From contig NW_025963913.1 of the NCBI RefSeq assembly GCF_023055435.1, positions 4,836,001 through 4,900,000 on the forward strand: 64,000 nt of DNA, written 5' to 3'. Under the pieces are notes generated by a model. The model made no database searches. It worked only from the letters and a program-made list of their open reading frames with translations, and had not been told where the DNA came from. This stretch comes from Haliotis rufescens. Its lineage: Eukaryota. Positions 28,166 to 40,900 of the stretch are shown here, piece after piece. The translations under genes were made by a program, and so were the position numbers. Position 1 is the stretch's first letter. Each line of letters begins with the position of its first letter.

Positions 28166-28437
28166 GTGAGTGAGTGAGCGAGTGAGTTGGGTTTTACTCC
28201 GCTTTTAACAGTATTCCAGTTATATCCCGGCTTGTCAGCTTAATGTGGGAGGAAAGCCCGAAATGATGCAGGTCTCAGACGTTAACCACTTAGGTGAAAC
28301 CCACGAGCACGAGTATGGTGCCGACAAACCTAGAACCATAATTGGGGCGAACCGGGATTCGAACCAATCATAGGTTTCTGGCGTGCCCAAGTGACGCGAA
28401 TTGCAGAACCTTAGGCGACTGGGCCACCCGTGCTCCG
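28166..28437 (-). mobile_element. tRNA-derived SINE family A
   Basis: Near-identical to 43384-43665; (GAGT)n tail on + strand; B box GGTTCGAATCC on minus strand. Confidence 0.9.
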
Positions 28438-29284
28438 ATATCGTTTCTTGAATAAATTACTTTCACTTTGTGTGAGTTCATTGGAGTGTGAATCCCTATA
28501 GAGTAAGGGCCATATTTATGGACGCATGGGTTTGCGAAACAAACAGAAAACAAATTGCTTGGCTAGCCAATCAAATTCTGGGAATCTCTTACAGTTTATT
28601 TATGCATGCCGTTACACAACACAGCTACAACGGTGGCGGTTCCATCTACAGGTGAGATGGTGACATCTGTTCCTGCAGCTCTATAATGACGTCTTAATTC
28701 TACAGGTTCTGGGATGTGCATAAATCATGTTTTAATATTACCAGAGACCAGAGATGATGTATTTCGGGTGGGCACAATTGGCTGACTGCCGTGCCCATGC
28801 AGATGGAGGGGATTGTTGTTGACAACGTCGGTCACTGCATGATGTGCAAGACGACACCAGTCCAGCATACGCCCAACCTCCCTGCTGAAACATCCCATTT
28901 CGTTACATCTGCATGTGTAGTTCAGTTGTTGAGTACAAGAACTTGAAATACAAAGGTCATTTCAGCACACCCTGAAATCATTAACTAGGATTATACCAGT
29001 CGGTTAACCCTCTTTTCACTAGGTGCTAGATAGCATTTTTCTCGATTTAAAAACTAAAGATTAACCTCTCTAAGTGTATATATTCCAAGTGTCTGCTATG
29101 TAGGGATATAAACACAGCTAACACTGGAACATAACTTACTAGATATGGACTCAACATACGCATTGATAAATATAAGTCGCCTGTCTGTATTAGGTCTGTG
29201 TTTTATGGTACTGAGGAGATGTGGGTCTACATATTCGATGTTGGTCAGTACATTGTTTTGAACAAGGGATATAGTTCTATTAAT

Positions 29285-29360
29285 ATACAACTTCTTTATT
29301 AAAATGACTGCAACGTGTCGGTGTAGATACTAACACCGTTATTAAGGGCGTTATTAAGCA
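29285..29360 (-). ncRNA. Degenerate minimal hammerhead motif (U3-A8 subtype) in a Penelope-like terminus
   Basis: Minus strand: TTAATAA-C-GGTGT-TAGTATCT-ACACC-GACACGTT-GCA, then AATAAAGAAGTTG; two core substitutions and a local duplication, so probably inactive. Confidence 0.5.
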
Positions 29361-29385
29361 GTTTTAAGTGGTAAGATCCAAAATA

Positions 29386-30867
29386 TACTGAACAACTAAA
29401 GTTCCTGTAACACCAATATTTTAGTGTATTTTTCAAACAAGTAAAGTTTGCTCTTCAATATTGTAGTACATATATGGAATCAAGTCACAAAAACGCAACT
29501 GCTACAGAAAAGCATGCATTCCATGCAAAAGTTGACTCTTATACAAGCCCCATGCATTTCACCACCCAAGAATGGGTATAAAAACATGCGCGTTAACGGG
29601 ATTCCATATGCATTATTAGCATCGTGCTGACAACAACCACTCAGAAAAACAACAAAATTATACAATTATTCAACATTATACGAAATGCCACGCCTGTCCG
29701 AAAACGAGCGTCTGCGAGCCATTGGTATGCTTGAAGCAGGATCGAGTCAACGTGATGTTGCAAGACAATTTAACGTCCATTGAAACACCATTTGGTGTTT
29801 ATGGCAACGTTGGCAACAGACGAATGCAGTCAGAGACCATTCTCGGAGTGGCAGGCCACGCGTAACCAATAATCGACAAGACAACTGGATTCGAACAACA
29901 CACCTACGAAATCGATTCCAGCCAGCAACAGTGACTGCAAGAAGCATCCCTGGCCTTCGACGAATATCTTCACAAACCGTACGTCGTCGCCTCAGATGTG
30001 CAGGGATTGTCGCGAAAAGACCCGCCAGACGTCCCATTTTGACAGGAAACCACCGTCAAGCAGGTCTACAGTGGTGCAGACAGCGTTTACGCTGGACAGC
30101 CATGCAGTGGGGACAAGTTCTATTCACTGACGAGTCTCGTTTTCACCTCAGCCACAGTGATGGACGGATTCGAGTGTACCGACGTCGAGGTGAACGTTAC
30201 GTCAATCATTGTGTCATGGAAGAAGATCGGCTCGGGGGCGGCAGCGTTATGGTATGGGTGGGATTACAGCAAGACAGAGGACCTGTTTGATAGTGGTAGA
30301 GGGAAATCTCAATGGACAGCGCTACCGCGACGAGATCATTGGCCCTGTTGTTCTACCGTTTTTGCGTCGTCATGGCCCAGGCATTACCTTTCAACATGAC
30401 AACGCCCGGCCTCATATTGTTCGACTTGTTCAGGATTCTCTTCAACAAAACATCCCCTGGCCGGCTCGCTCCCCTGATCTCACACCAGTCGAGCACATGT
30501 GGGATGAGATGGAACGGCGCCTTCGACGTCTACCACTTGTTCCACGGACACTCCAGGAACTTCGAAACATGCTCCAGCAGATATGGACAGATATCCCACA
30601 GGACTTTGTGCGACGCCTGGTCCATTCCATGAGACGAAAATGTGTTGCTTGCATCGCGACCAGAGGTGGACACACACGCTATTGATTTGTAAATTGACAT
30701 TTTGGCATGTTCATGTTTTTTTTAATGAAATCACGTCAGTATGGCAAATTAAACCATTTGAACAGGGGTCTTTTATCTGTTGCAAACCGTAATTGTTTCC
30801 TATTTGGTAAAAACTTAACTTTGCATTAAATCTTATTCAATGTCACAGGAACTTTTGTTGTTCAGTA
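29386..30867 (+). mobile_element. Tc1/mariner DNA transposon, full length but decayed
   Basis: TIRs TACTGAACAACTAAAGTTCCTGTAACA / TGTCACAGGAACTTTTGTTGTTCAGTA, flanked by TA. Confidence 0.95.
29685..30685 (+). pseudogene. Tc1-type transposase pseudogene
   Basis: MPRLSENERLRAIGML HTH start; VLFTDESRF, FQHDNARPH and PWPARSPDLTPVEH motifs, ending GGHTRY; in-frame TGA at ~29781, frameshift near 30260, D-E spacing 30 instead of 34. Confidence 0.92.
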
Positions 30868-31256
30868 TATGAAAAATCCCCTCTCGGTCAATGTTACTGC
30901 AACATCCGGACCCTGAAGCCATACAGAACCGAGCTACATTGAGGTGTTTTAGAAATACTTCTTTTTAACTTTTCCAATCCAATCATGTTTTAAGGTCAGG
31001 CGTCTGTGGAGCCCTTAACCTGCCCGTTTAAATGCATGGTTATATTAAGTGTACAGCGGGAGGTGCTTATATGATCACGTTACACTATCTTCGGCAACAC
31101 TTGTTGACCTCTACAGACACGATGAACTAAACCGCACAACTTGCTGTGTATTCACTCTGACATATATATACATACTTTTACATATACCAGTGGATGGCGG
31201 CTGTGTATTATTTATTTGACACTTTAGTCGGTAAGGGGTTCGCCAGTTATGAATAC

Positions 31257-31608
31257 TTGACACAAACCAAGATTCTCCATACCAACATCAATCATTGGAA
31301 AAAGAGGAAACTTCAAGAAAGCATCTAAATCCAAAGAAAGAAGCCAGCCATTAACACAGACCAAGGTATCTTCCTACCCAGTGTGTACTCCACGGTGCTA
31401 TGATCACGTCATCTATATTACATCTTGATTACCTTATTGCTTGTGCCACAATAGCCAGATCCTTGTCACCACTTTAGCGTACTTATTTGAATCTTCTGTC
31501 AATCGCATTGGCTTCGTCATTATATTGTTGTCTTTGGACATTAATCCTTACTCATTGGCTTTGTCATTGTTTTGTTATTTTTGTTCATTCAACCAAACCT
31601 TGTGTTTT

Positions 31609-31655
<47 letters not shown>

Positions 31656-31770
31656 ATGTAAGAGCAAGAAGTAGCTTTGAAACGTCGTGACAAAGAATAA
31701 AAAGAAATTGCTTTCCATATATAGGGTTATGTTTTCATGTTCTCCCAACTTCTAAATGCCTATCAAGGAC
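31257..31770 (+). mobile_element. Penelope-like retroelement 3' fragment: GIY-YIG C-terminal remnant, (CA)n tract, hammerhead-bearing terminus
   Basis: 31257-31403 translates TKILHTNINHWKKRKLQESI*IQRKKPAINTDQGIFLPSVYS; degenerate HHR at ~31650-31689; tail ACTTCTAAATGCCTATCAAGGAC. Confidence 0.75.
31609..31653. repeat. (CA)n microsatellite
   Basis: ~22 CA units. Confidence 0.95.
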
Positions 31771-32059
31771 TCCACCTATTATGTTGACATTTGTGACACA
31801 TAAGACAACTTTGGTTTCTACGACGCCGTCCTTATCCATTACCTCCACATGTTTGTGGCTTGGTTCGATAGTGCTTCACGCCATCCTCTTGTGTGCAATG
31901 AACACCGCAATGTAGTGATTCCGATGCAGAATACGCCTACAACATACATCTTACCTGATACATTCAGTCCTTGTAGCGTAGGCCTGTACATAGTGAGACA
32001 GCGTCCAGATGGGTGGGTGACCAGGGAGGATATGTGACGCTAATTCTTATTAACATATT

Positions 32060-32177
32060 GGGCGGATAGAGCGATCGCTCGTCACGCCGAAGACCCGGGT
32101 TCGATTCCCGAGATGCTTACAATGTGTGATATTGCTGGAATATTGCTAAAAGCAGCGTAAAACCATACTCACTCACT
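32060..32177 (+). mobile_element. SINE family C, internally deleted
   Basis: CGCTCGTCACGCCGAAGACCCGGGTTCGATTCCC head and GCTGGAATATTGCTAAAAGCAGCGTAAAACCATACTCACTCAC tail. Confidence 0.8.
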
Positions 32178-32283
32178 CTTATAGACACGTATTGTACCTG
32201 GCGATCTCTGACCACGCTATTGTTCACTTGAGCCAGGCTCGATTTCCTTGTCGAACGCAAAAAGTATAATATAAGTCCTAAGC

Positions 32284-32612
32284 GTGCAGAAATAAAGGCT
32301 GGGTCTGGGTAGGGTCCACTGTGAATAAATAAAAACTGGGTCTAGTAAGGGTCTACTGTGAGGGAATACAGGTCGGGTCTAGTAAGGGTCTACTGTGAAG
32401 GAATGCAGGTCGGGTCTAGTAAGGGTCTACTGTGAGGGAATACAGGTCGGGTCTAGTAAGGGTCTACTGTGAAGGAATACAGGTCGGGTCTAGTAAGGGT
32501 CTACTGTGAGGGAATACAGGTCGGGTCAAGTAAGGGTCTACTGTGAAGGAATACAGGTCGGGTCTAGTAAGGGTCTACTGTGCAGAAATAAAGGCCGGGT
32601 CTAGGAAGGGTG
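32284..32612. repeat. 37-bp minisatellite, ~9 copies
   Basis: Unit GGGTCTAGTAAGGGTCTACTGTGA(G/A)GGAATACAGGTC. Confidence 0.95.
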
Positions 32613-33426
32613 CATCTTCCCCAGGCAAGAGAGTTAACTATCTTTTATAGCCCAGTACGTGTATTAGATAGCATGAAGCCCGTATCTCTTGTCTAATATA
32701 ATTTGATTTAACAGGATGTAGTTATGATATTTATTTTAAGACGTTATCTCAATCCCCTACACGCCTACCAGACGACAGTGTCTAGAAAGGAACCCCACCA
32801 GCTCATAGTGACCTCTGTGAAATCGGATGGAACAGGAAAACAACGCTTGTTCTTTGGACTACATAGTTCGTGTGTGACGTGGGCACAGTCTGTATACAGG
32901 CAGTAAGCACGTCAGATGCAAGGCATGCACAGTTCACAGGTTATGCGTATTGTGTTAGGTGCAACTGGCGCCGGTTGATGTCACAGATGCAGACAAACTG
33001 ACATGACACATGTTCATCAGGTCATCCTCCTCTGGAGACCCGATTAAAGCAATGACAATATATGCATTTTACTATCAAACAACCCTATGTCTAAATATTG
33101 AAACATGGTGTTTATACTAATTGGTTGCTTTATCAGAACTTTAGACTCCAGTCACCACATTGTAACTTTATTCCTTCAAAGATGTATGTTGAACCCTTGA
33201 ACAGACTTTCACCTTCTCATAACCAGGAACCATTGCATGACGTTTAAGTTCGGTCCAGCATGTTTATCAAACACCTTACCTTTTAACATCGGATTATCAG
33301 GTGTATAGAATCGACATTCTATTTTGTGATGAATTGAATGGCAAACTATAACACAGTATAATCGAGGATGGCTTTGTAGGCATTGGGACAAGTTAACAGG
33401 TAACGTTTATAAATACAGCAACAGTG

Positions 33427-35755
33427 AGAGCAGCTCACACACTCCTGACCTCAAGGTTTTCTCCTACTCAATGCAGGGAGCAGCTCAAACACTCCTGACC
33501 TCAGGGTTTTCTCCTACTCAATGCAGGGAGCAGCTCAAACACTCCTGACCTCAAGGTGTCCTCCTACTCAAAGCAGGGAGCAGCTCAAACACTCCTGACC
33601 TCAAGGTTTTCTCCTACTCGATGCAGGGAGCAGCTCACACACTCCTGACCTAAAGGTTTTCTCCTACTCGATGCAGGGAGCAGCTCAAACACTCCTGACC
33701 TCAAGGTGTCCTCCTACACAAAGCAGGGAGCAGCTCAAACACTCCTGACCTCAAGGTGTCCTCCTACTCAATGCAGGGAGCAGCTCAAACACTCCTGACC
33801 TCAAGGTGTCCTTCTACTCAATGCAGGGAGCAGCTCAAACCCTCCTGACCTCAAGGTGTCCTCCTACTCAAAGCAGGGAGCAGCTCAAACACTCCTGACC
33901 TCAAGGTTTTCTCCTACTCGATGCAGGGAGCAGCTCAAACACTCCTGACCTCAAGGTTTTCTCCTACTCGATGCAGGGAGCAGCTCAAACACTCCTGACC
34001 TCAAGGAGTGCTCCTACTCAAAGCAGGGAGCAGCTCAAACATTCCTGACCTCAAGGTGTCCTACTCAAAGCAGGGAGCAGCTCAAACACTCCTGACCTCA
34101 AGGAGTGCCCCTACTCAAAGCAGGTAGCAGCTCAAACACTCCTGACCTCAAGGTTTTCTCCTACTCGATGCAGGGAGCAGCTGAAACGCTCCTGACCTCA
34201 AGGAGTCCTACTCAATGCAGGGAGCAGCTGAAACTCTCCTGACCTCAAGGTGTCCTCCTACTCAATGCAGGGAGAAGCTCAAACACTCCTGACCTTAAGG
34301 TTTTCTCCTACTCAATGCTGGGAGCAGCTCAAACACTCCTGACCTTAAGGTTTTCTCCTACTCAATGCAGGGAGCAGCTCAAACACTCCTGACCTCAAGG
34401 TGTCCTCCTACTCAATGCAGGGAGCAGCTCAAACACTCCTGACCTTAAGGTTTTCTCCTACTCAATGCAGGGAGCAGCTCAAACACTCCTGACCTCAACG
34501 TGTCCTCCTACACAAAGCAGGGAGCAGCTCAAACACTCCTGACCTCGTGTCCTCCTACTCAATGCAGGGAGCAGCTCAAACACTCCTGACCTCAAGGTGT
34601 CCTCCTACACAAAGCAGGGAGCAGCTCAAACACTCCTGACCTCAAGGTGTCCTCCTACTCAATGCAGGGAGCAGCTCAAACACTCCTGACCTCAAGGTTT
34701 TCTCCTACTCAATGCAGGGAGCAGCTCAAACACTCCTGACCTCAAGGTGTCCTCCTACACAAAGCAGGGAGCAGCTCAAACACTCCTGACCTCAAGGTGT
34801 CCTCCTACTCAATGCAGGGAGCAGCTCAAACACTCCTGACCTCAAGGTGTCCTCCTACACAAAGCAGAGAGCAGCTCAAACACTCCTGACCTCAAGGTGT
34901 CCTCCTACTCAATGCAGGGAGCAGCTCAAACACTCCTGACCTCAAGGTGTCCTCCTACACAAAGCAGGGAGCAGCTCAAACACTCCTGACCTCAAGGTGT
35001 CCTCCTACTCAAAGCAGGTAGCAGCTCAAACACTTCTGACCTCAAGGTGTCCTCCTACTCAATGCAGGGAGCAGCTCAAGCACTCCTGACCTCAAGGTTT
35101 TCTCCTACTCAATGCAGGGAGCAGCTCAAACACTCCTGACCTTAAGGTTTTCTCCTACTCAATGCAGGGAGCAGCTCAAACACTCCTGACCTCAAGGTGT
35201 CCTCCTACACAAAGCAGGGAGCAGCTCAAACACTCCTGACCTCAAGGTGTCCTCCTACTCAATGCAGGGAGCAGCTGAAACGCTCCTGACCTCAAGGTGT
35301 CCTCCTACACAAAGCAGGGAGCAGCTCAAACACTCCAGACCTCAAGGTGTCCTCCTACTCAATGCAGGGAGCAGCTCAAACACTCGTGACCTCAAAGTTT
35401 TCTCCTACTCAATGCAGGGAGCAGCTCAAACACTCCTGACCTTAAGGTTTTCTCCTACTCAATGCAGGGAGCAGCTCAAACACTCCTGACCTCAAGGTGT
35501 CCTCCTACACAAAGCAGGGAGCAGCTCAAACACTCCTGACCTCAAGGTGTCCTCCTACTCAATGCAGGGAGCAGCTGAAACGCTCCTGACCTCAAGGTTT
35601 TCTCCTACTCAATGCAGGGAGCAGCTCAAGCACTCCTGACCTCAAGGTTTTCTCCTACTCAATGCAGGGAGCAGCTCAAGCACTCCTGACCTCAAGGTTT
35701 TCTCCTACTCAATGCAGGGAGCAGCTCAAACTCTCCTGACCTCAAGGTTTTGTCC
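33427..35755. repeat. 50-bp tandem satellite, ~46 copies (2.3 kb)
   Basis: Unit GGGAGCAGCTCAAACACTCCTGACCTCAAGGT(TTT/GTC)CTCCTAC(T/A)CAA(T/A)GCA; period read from line offsets. Confidence 0.97.
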
Positions 35756-37976
35756 TGCAAGCACAATGCTCACCTTTCTTTTTCAGCAGCACGAAAGACA
35801 TACTGATGTAACTGATAATAGCCTCATAACTGCTGTGTAAAGTCACAACCAAAATACACAATTGCGGTGAAAATTTATTAAATGCTACATGAATACAAAT
35901 GTGACAATCATTGCTAACAATTTGTACAGGGTGTAGGTAGAGAAGCATAGCATCCATCCTTGAAGAGATGATATGATATAGTCCATGACATTAATAGCTT
36001 TGATAACATACAATCTATTATGATAGGAAAAAGGTAACCTTGTTTAAGACACTAGTGGCAGGTTGCAATATACGATGCATTTATTGGCATTTTCTTATGA
36101 AAAGGATATATATTTATCATATATATATAGGTTTGTAAAACAGATCACTATGGTAACCACTTGCTAAGAACCACTCACAAGAAAGAATGACCGATAATGT
36201 GTCCAACATTGTTTAGCCTTAGTAATATTAGTCTTGCATTTTCCACAGGGTTGGCAATCATTCTCTTGTAGGGAGGGTATTCAGGTTTTTGATATGATTA
36301 TAACTTTGTTTGGAAAAGACACTTTTTGATGTTCAGTGCAGTGAAATATGTCTAACACCATGACAAGGAATGAATATTTCACACAAAATATAAGTAAAAT
36401 TAACGTGTGGCCTCCTGAGAAATAAAATAGTATCTCTATGACAAAATCATTATGAACACATCAGTAATATGAAAGTACATTGTGTAAAATCTGCATGAAA
36501 GTCCTTTCTGGCAACGGACTCAAAAACATGGACTCTTAGATTGTAAATTAACTAGAAATACTGATATTATGCAGTAATCTCATACTAATGAGTGGAATGT
36601 TAGACACCTTATGATAAATAAGCATTCTCTAATCAGTACCTATAGCCTAAGGTGGTTATTCATCATGTTCATGTTAATGCAAATAGTGAATATTTCATGT
36701 GAAATGAAAATTATTTGCACTTTTCTGATGTTGTAGTGAGCAAGAATGAACATAAAGGCTTGTGTAAACAATTGCATAAATTGCCTGCATACCAATAAAA
36801 ATGCTCTCCTCTAGTTAAAAATGCATGAACTGCTAAACAAGACATTAAAGGCAAAAATATGAACAAAAACTTAACAATAATTCCTACTGCCATGGTAACA
36901 AGATTTGACAAAAGTGCCAGAGTATTACATGAATATGAACATACACAACTTTTCTGTAGGTGCACGAGTGGTCTTACCAGAATCAGATCAAGTACTTGTC
37001 TTGAATAGAATTCACAGTTTTTGCTCTCTAGATCTAAAGATTTGTTTCACATGATCTTTTTTCATGTTACCATGGCAATGGGTAAACAAACAAGAATCTT
37101 GAATACTGCTCCAGTACTTGCTATCTATCTGTACTGATAAATCCGATTACACTGAAAATCACTGTCGGGTCATGTTGACCCAAGTCATACATCTCTGAGC
37201 ATTAGTTTCTAACAACAAATTTAGCCATAACAAAGTGGGTATTAAATTACAAACAAATGTTTGTGTTGGCTAAAGCAAGATTAAAAAGGAAAACTTGAAA
37301 TATGGCAGGGATTCATTCCCAATGCATAACGTCTATTCTAATCTTTTTTGAAACTCTGAAACGTGCAACGTAGATCGTGTAAGGTAGGCAGAGCATGTAT
37401 ACTGTTTTGTTGGTCATCTACCACCTATGACTCAACCTTTGTTAAACTGCTGATAATCTATAACGCTCATCAATTATTTGGACCCCGAAGGTGGCGTTGT
37501 AACGAGGGATCACTGTAACTGCTTTCAATCTGATTTAAGTTAAGTAGTAGTTAAGGTAGCATATAAAAAAATAGAGTCACAATTTTGTTTACAAAGCAAT
37601 GCTAAAAGAAAGTCCATGATTATCCTACAGTATTATCATGATATCACATCTACAGCAATAGACATTGCCACTAGCCAATTTGTCTGATACTAGGGAAACG
37701 GCATCTCAAAATCAATTTATATTACATAAACCACCAGCCCGAATTGATTAGTGGACTATTTGGATCTATACCACACACATTTTCCATGATCCATGTCGAG
37801 AGACACGAAATCAAATGTTTCATAATCCTTAACCTGTAACCACTAAACCTCTCAACACCAGTAACAAATCTCTGATATTATAATTCAATTTTCCCTCTAA
37901 AAATCTGCTTTTAATTTTCAAAAAAATGTTCAAAACTAGAGATATCCTCAATGATACCCTTCATTCAATCTATTGC

Positions 37977-40900
37977 TCAAGCCTTCTTAGGTATGATAGT
38001 TACAGGAATAGAAGTGTGGTTTAAGACAAACTGGCTGACACTACCCAAGAAAGCTCTTTGAAATGCCCCAAGACCTCTTGTTCCCATGACAATATGCGTA
38101 ATATCCTCTTCCTTGCATGTTTTCACAATCACCTCTCCAGGTTTGCCTCCAGTTGGTCTCAAAGTCTTGCCACTTATCTGAAATTATTTAAATGAAAATT
38201 GATCATACATTGTATATAGTATATAGTATATAGTACATAAAGAGCAAGAAACAAGCCCCTCACAGACTAGAATTCAGAATGTGTTATCAGCAAAATTAGG
38301 ACCATTCCACAAAATGAGCGCTATGACTGGGGGGAAAAGGTGGTTTTAAGAACAGCAGAAGACTGGGAAATATGAATGATTACCACAGTCTATGTTAGAC
38401 TAGATCATCCTAGTCTAGTAGTGAGTGAGTATTGTTGTACATCGCTTTTAGGAATATTCCAGCAATATTACGGCAGGGAACACCAGAAATGGGCTTCCCA
38501 CATTGTACCCATGTCGGGAATCGAACCCAGGTCTTCGGTGTGACGAGCGAACGCTTTAACCACTAGGCTACCCTATCATCCCTCCTAGTCTAGTAACACT
38601 GCAGTATCATACATAATAAGATACATAAAAATATGTTAGGAGACATATCCCATCATGACAGAGGATGAAATGAAATCCAACCAAAACATATTCAGTGGAT
38701 TTGGCTTGTGAACTATTGTTGTATACACTGGCAGAAAGTACTATTTTACACTTAATTTTCAAACAACTTACATTTCAGCTTGATATGAAAACGCTTAATT
38801 TTGTATTGATCTACTGATACAATACCTGTATTGTGACACAGTATTGCAATTCAATGTTCAGTGAATCGAATGTGCTCATGTGAAAAATGTTTGGTGCTCA
38901 TTCTGATCAGTGTGACCAGCGAGTTATAACTTACTCCCTTCTCTCTCAACACTTGTGTGTAAGTGGCTGTCAAGGAACCAATCTCGTCATCACGTCTTTT
39001 CATTTCTTGACACAACTTCTCAACATCCGATGAACCAACTACAACACAGTGAATAACACAACACTTCATTTTTTTAATTACAATTGGAGGAAGGCTGATT
39101 TTGATTGTCAAAAGCTGTCCTAGTACCAATACAAACTACAACAGAAAATATTTTCTGGACGATAGTTAAGATTACAAAAATATTACCTATTATTAAAATT
39201 TATAATTAATTCAATACATAAATAAAATATGAAGACTTACTCATATTCAAGAGATAATAAATTGGTTTGATGCACAAACAAACATACTGGTATGCTGTGT
39301 GAACAATGCTAATGAACGCATCATGTGTGACGTCACAGATCCATGACTCGAGATGCACCATTTGTCTCGTGCAGGATTAGCGTGTAAAGTTTTGAAATCA
39401 TGTGCAGCATATCGTCAAAAGAATAAAGACAATCTGTGGTTATACTGGACTGATTGTTAGTTTTGTCATTAAGTGGTACACACTGGAAACATCTCTTCTC
39501 AACATACATACTTCTCTATGCTTCTTTGTTCAGCGTTTCTTTTGGCAGTGAGTATACATGCATAATACCGAGGTTATGACAACGCAGTTCCTACTGTCTC
39601 TGACTTAGGAGTGTTTTAATCATTTTCTTTATTTGTTTATAAGTTGGTGGGAAGATGAAAGACTTGTGACACTAGTCTGTCCATTGTGAACCTACCTGCC
39701 GGAATGCTGATGTTATACTCAGCCACATGGATAACCACCACGGTGTCCCCCGGCTTGTACAGGCTATCTATAGCATCTGAAACAGGCAGGTCACACCTCA
39801 ACAAGGAGCTAGGTGGGCAATACCACGATTCTAGTGTATAATGAGCACTCAAGCATTATGTGCAACCCCTATTTCAGGACACTACTGAGAAAATGTCTTA
39901 CTGGTACATGATGCTGAGTAATGTAAATTGGCTATAAAAGATGACTAGAAATTACTATTTCAATGATATTTCCTGTAATACAAGACATTTTTAATACACA
40001 GAAACCAACATTATTGTGTGCAACTGTCTCTTTACATTTTAAACTGAATCATTTAATTGAATATATGTATACACATTTGTGGTGGGACAATACACGGATG
40101 CATTGCAATTTTTAACTTCTTGATACAAGTATCAATCACAGTCGCATACTGAGTAAAAAATATCCTTTCTTAAATAGTAGTGAGACCCAATCACTAAATA
40201 GTAGTGAAAATTAGTAGTCAAACGTAAAGATTTTCATCTTGTGTGCCATACTTGATACTACCAGCTGTAAATCGTCAGTAAGCCAGTTATTTGGCCATAC
40301 TGTCTATGAAAAAGGTGGTGTACGCACCATAAATCAGAGGTGAGGTGAGGTGAAATGGGGTTTAACGTCGCGTCCAAGATTATTGCACTTATATAGCGAC
40401 GTGCATGTACTTGTTTGTGTGTGTGTGTGGCTGCTTGTACTAGTCCGGACTGATGCCGATTTAGAGTGCTAGCTCACTGAGATACCATGCCGCAGTTTAA
40501 CATGAATACCCCAATCAGACACAGTATACTGACTCCGAGCCGACCAGTCCTTGCTTTAGCCCCTTAATGCCGAGCGCCAGACAGGGTAACAACAAGTACC
40601 ATCTTTAAACGTCTTTTGGTATGACGCGGCCGGGGGTCGAACCCCGGACCTTCCGCTCTCCGGGCGGACACTCTACCACTAGACCACAGAGGCGGTCACC
40701 ATAAATCAGAGCACATGCAAGTAACATGATATGTATCGGATCGTGTGAAAGGTATCGAGATACATATAGGATCGCACAGTCAGAGTATCGTCCCAGCCCT
40801 ATACACATGGTATAAGACCATTTGACCTTTGTCATCATGGTCATTACCGTTTACGTTTGTTAAATTACTACACAAAATGTGGATTCTGGATAAAAAAAAT

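Noticed and set aside
28785-28815. Twister-like string ACTGCCGTGCCCATGC..GGAGGGG
   Set aside because: Only superficial similarity; the P1/P2 helices and pseudoknots could not be built.
33427-35755. CRISPR-like array, or coding repeat (ORF 35247-35489)
   Set aside because: Units are contiguous with no unique spacers, no cas genes, eukaryotic context; 50 bp is not a multiple of 3 and stops recur.
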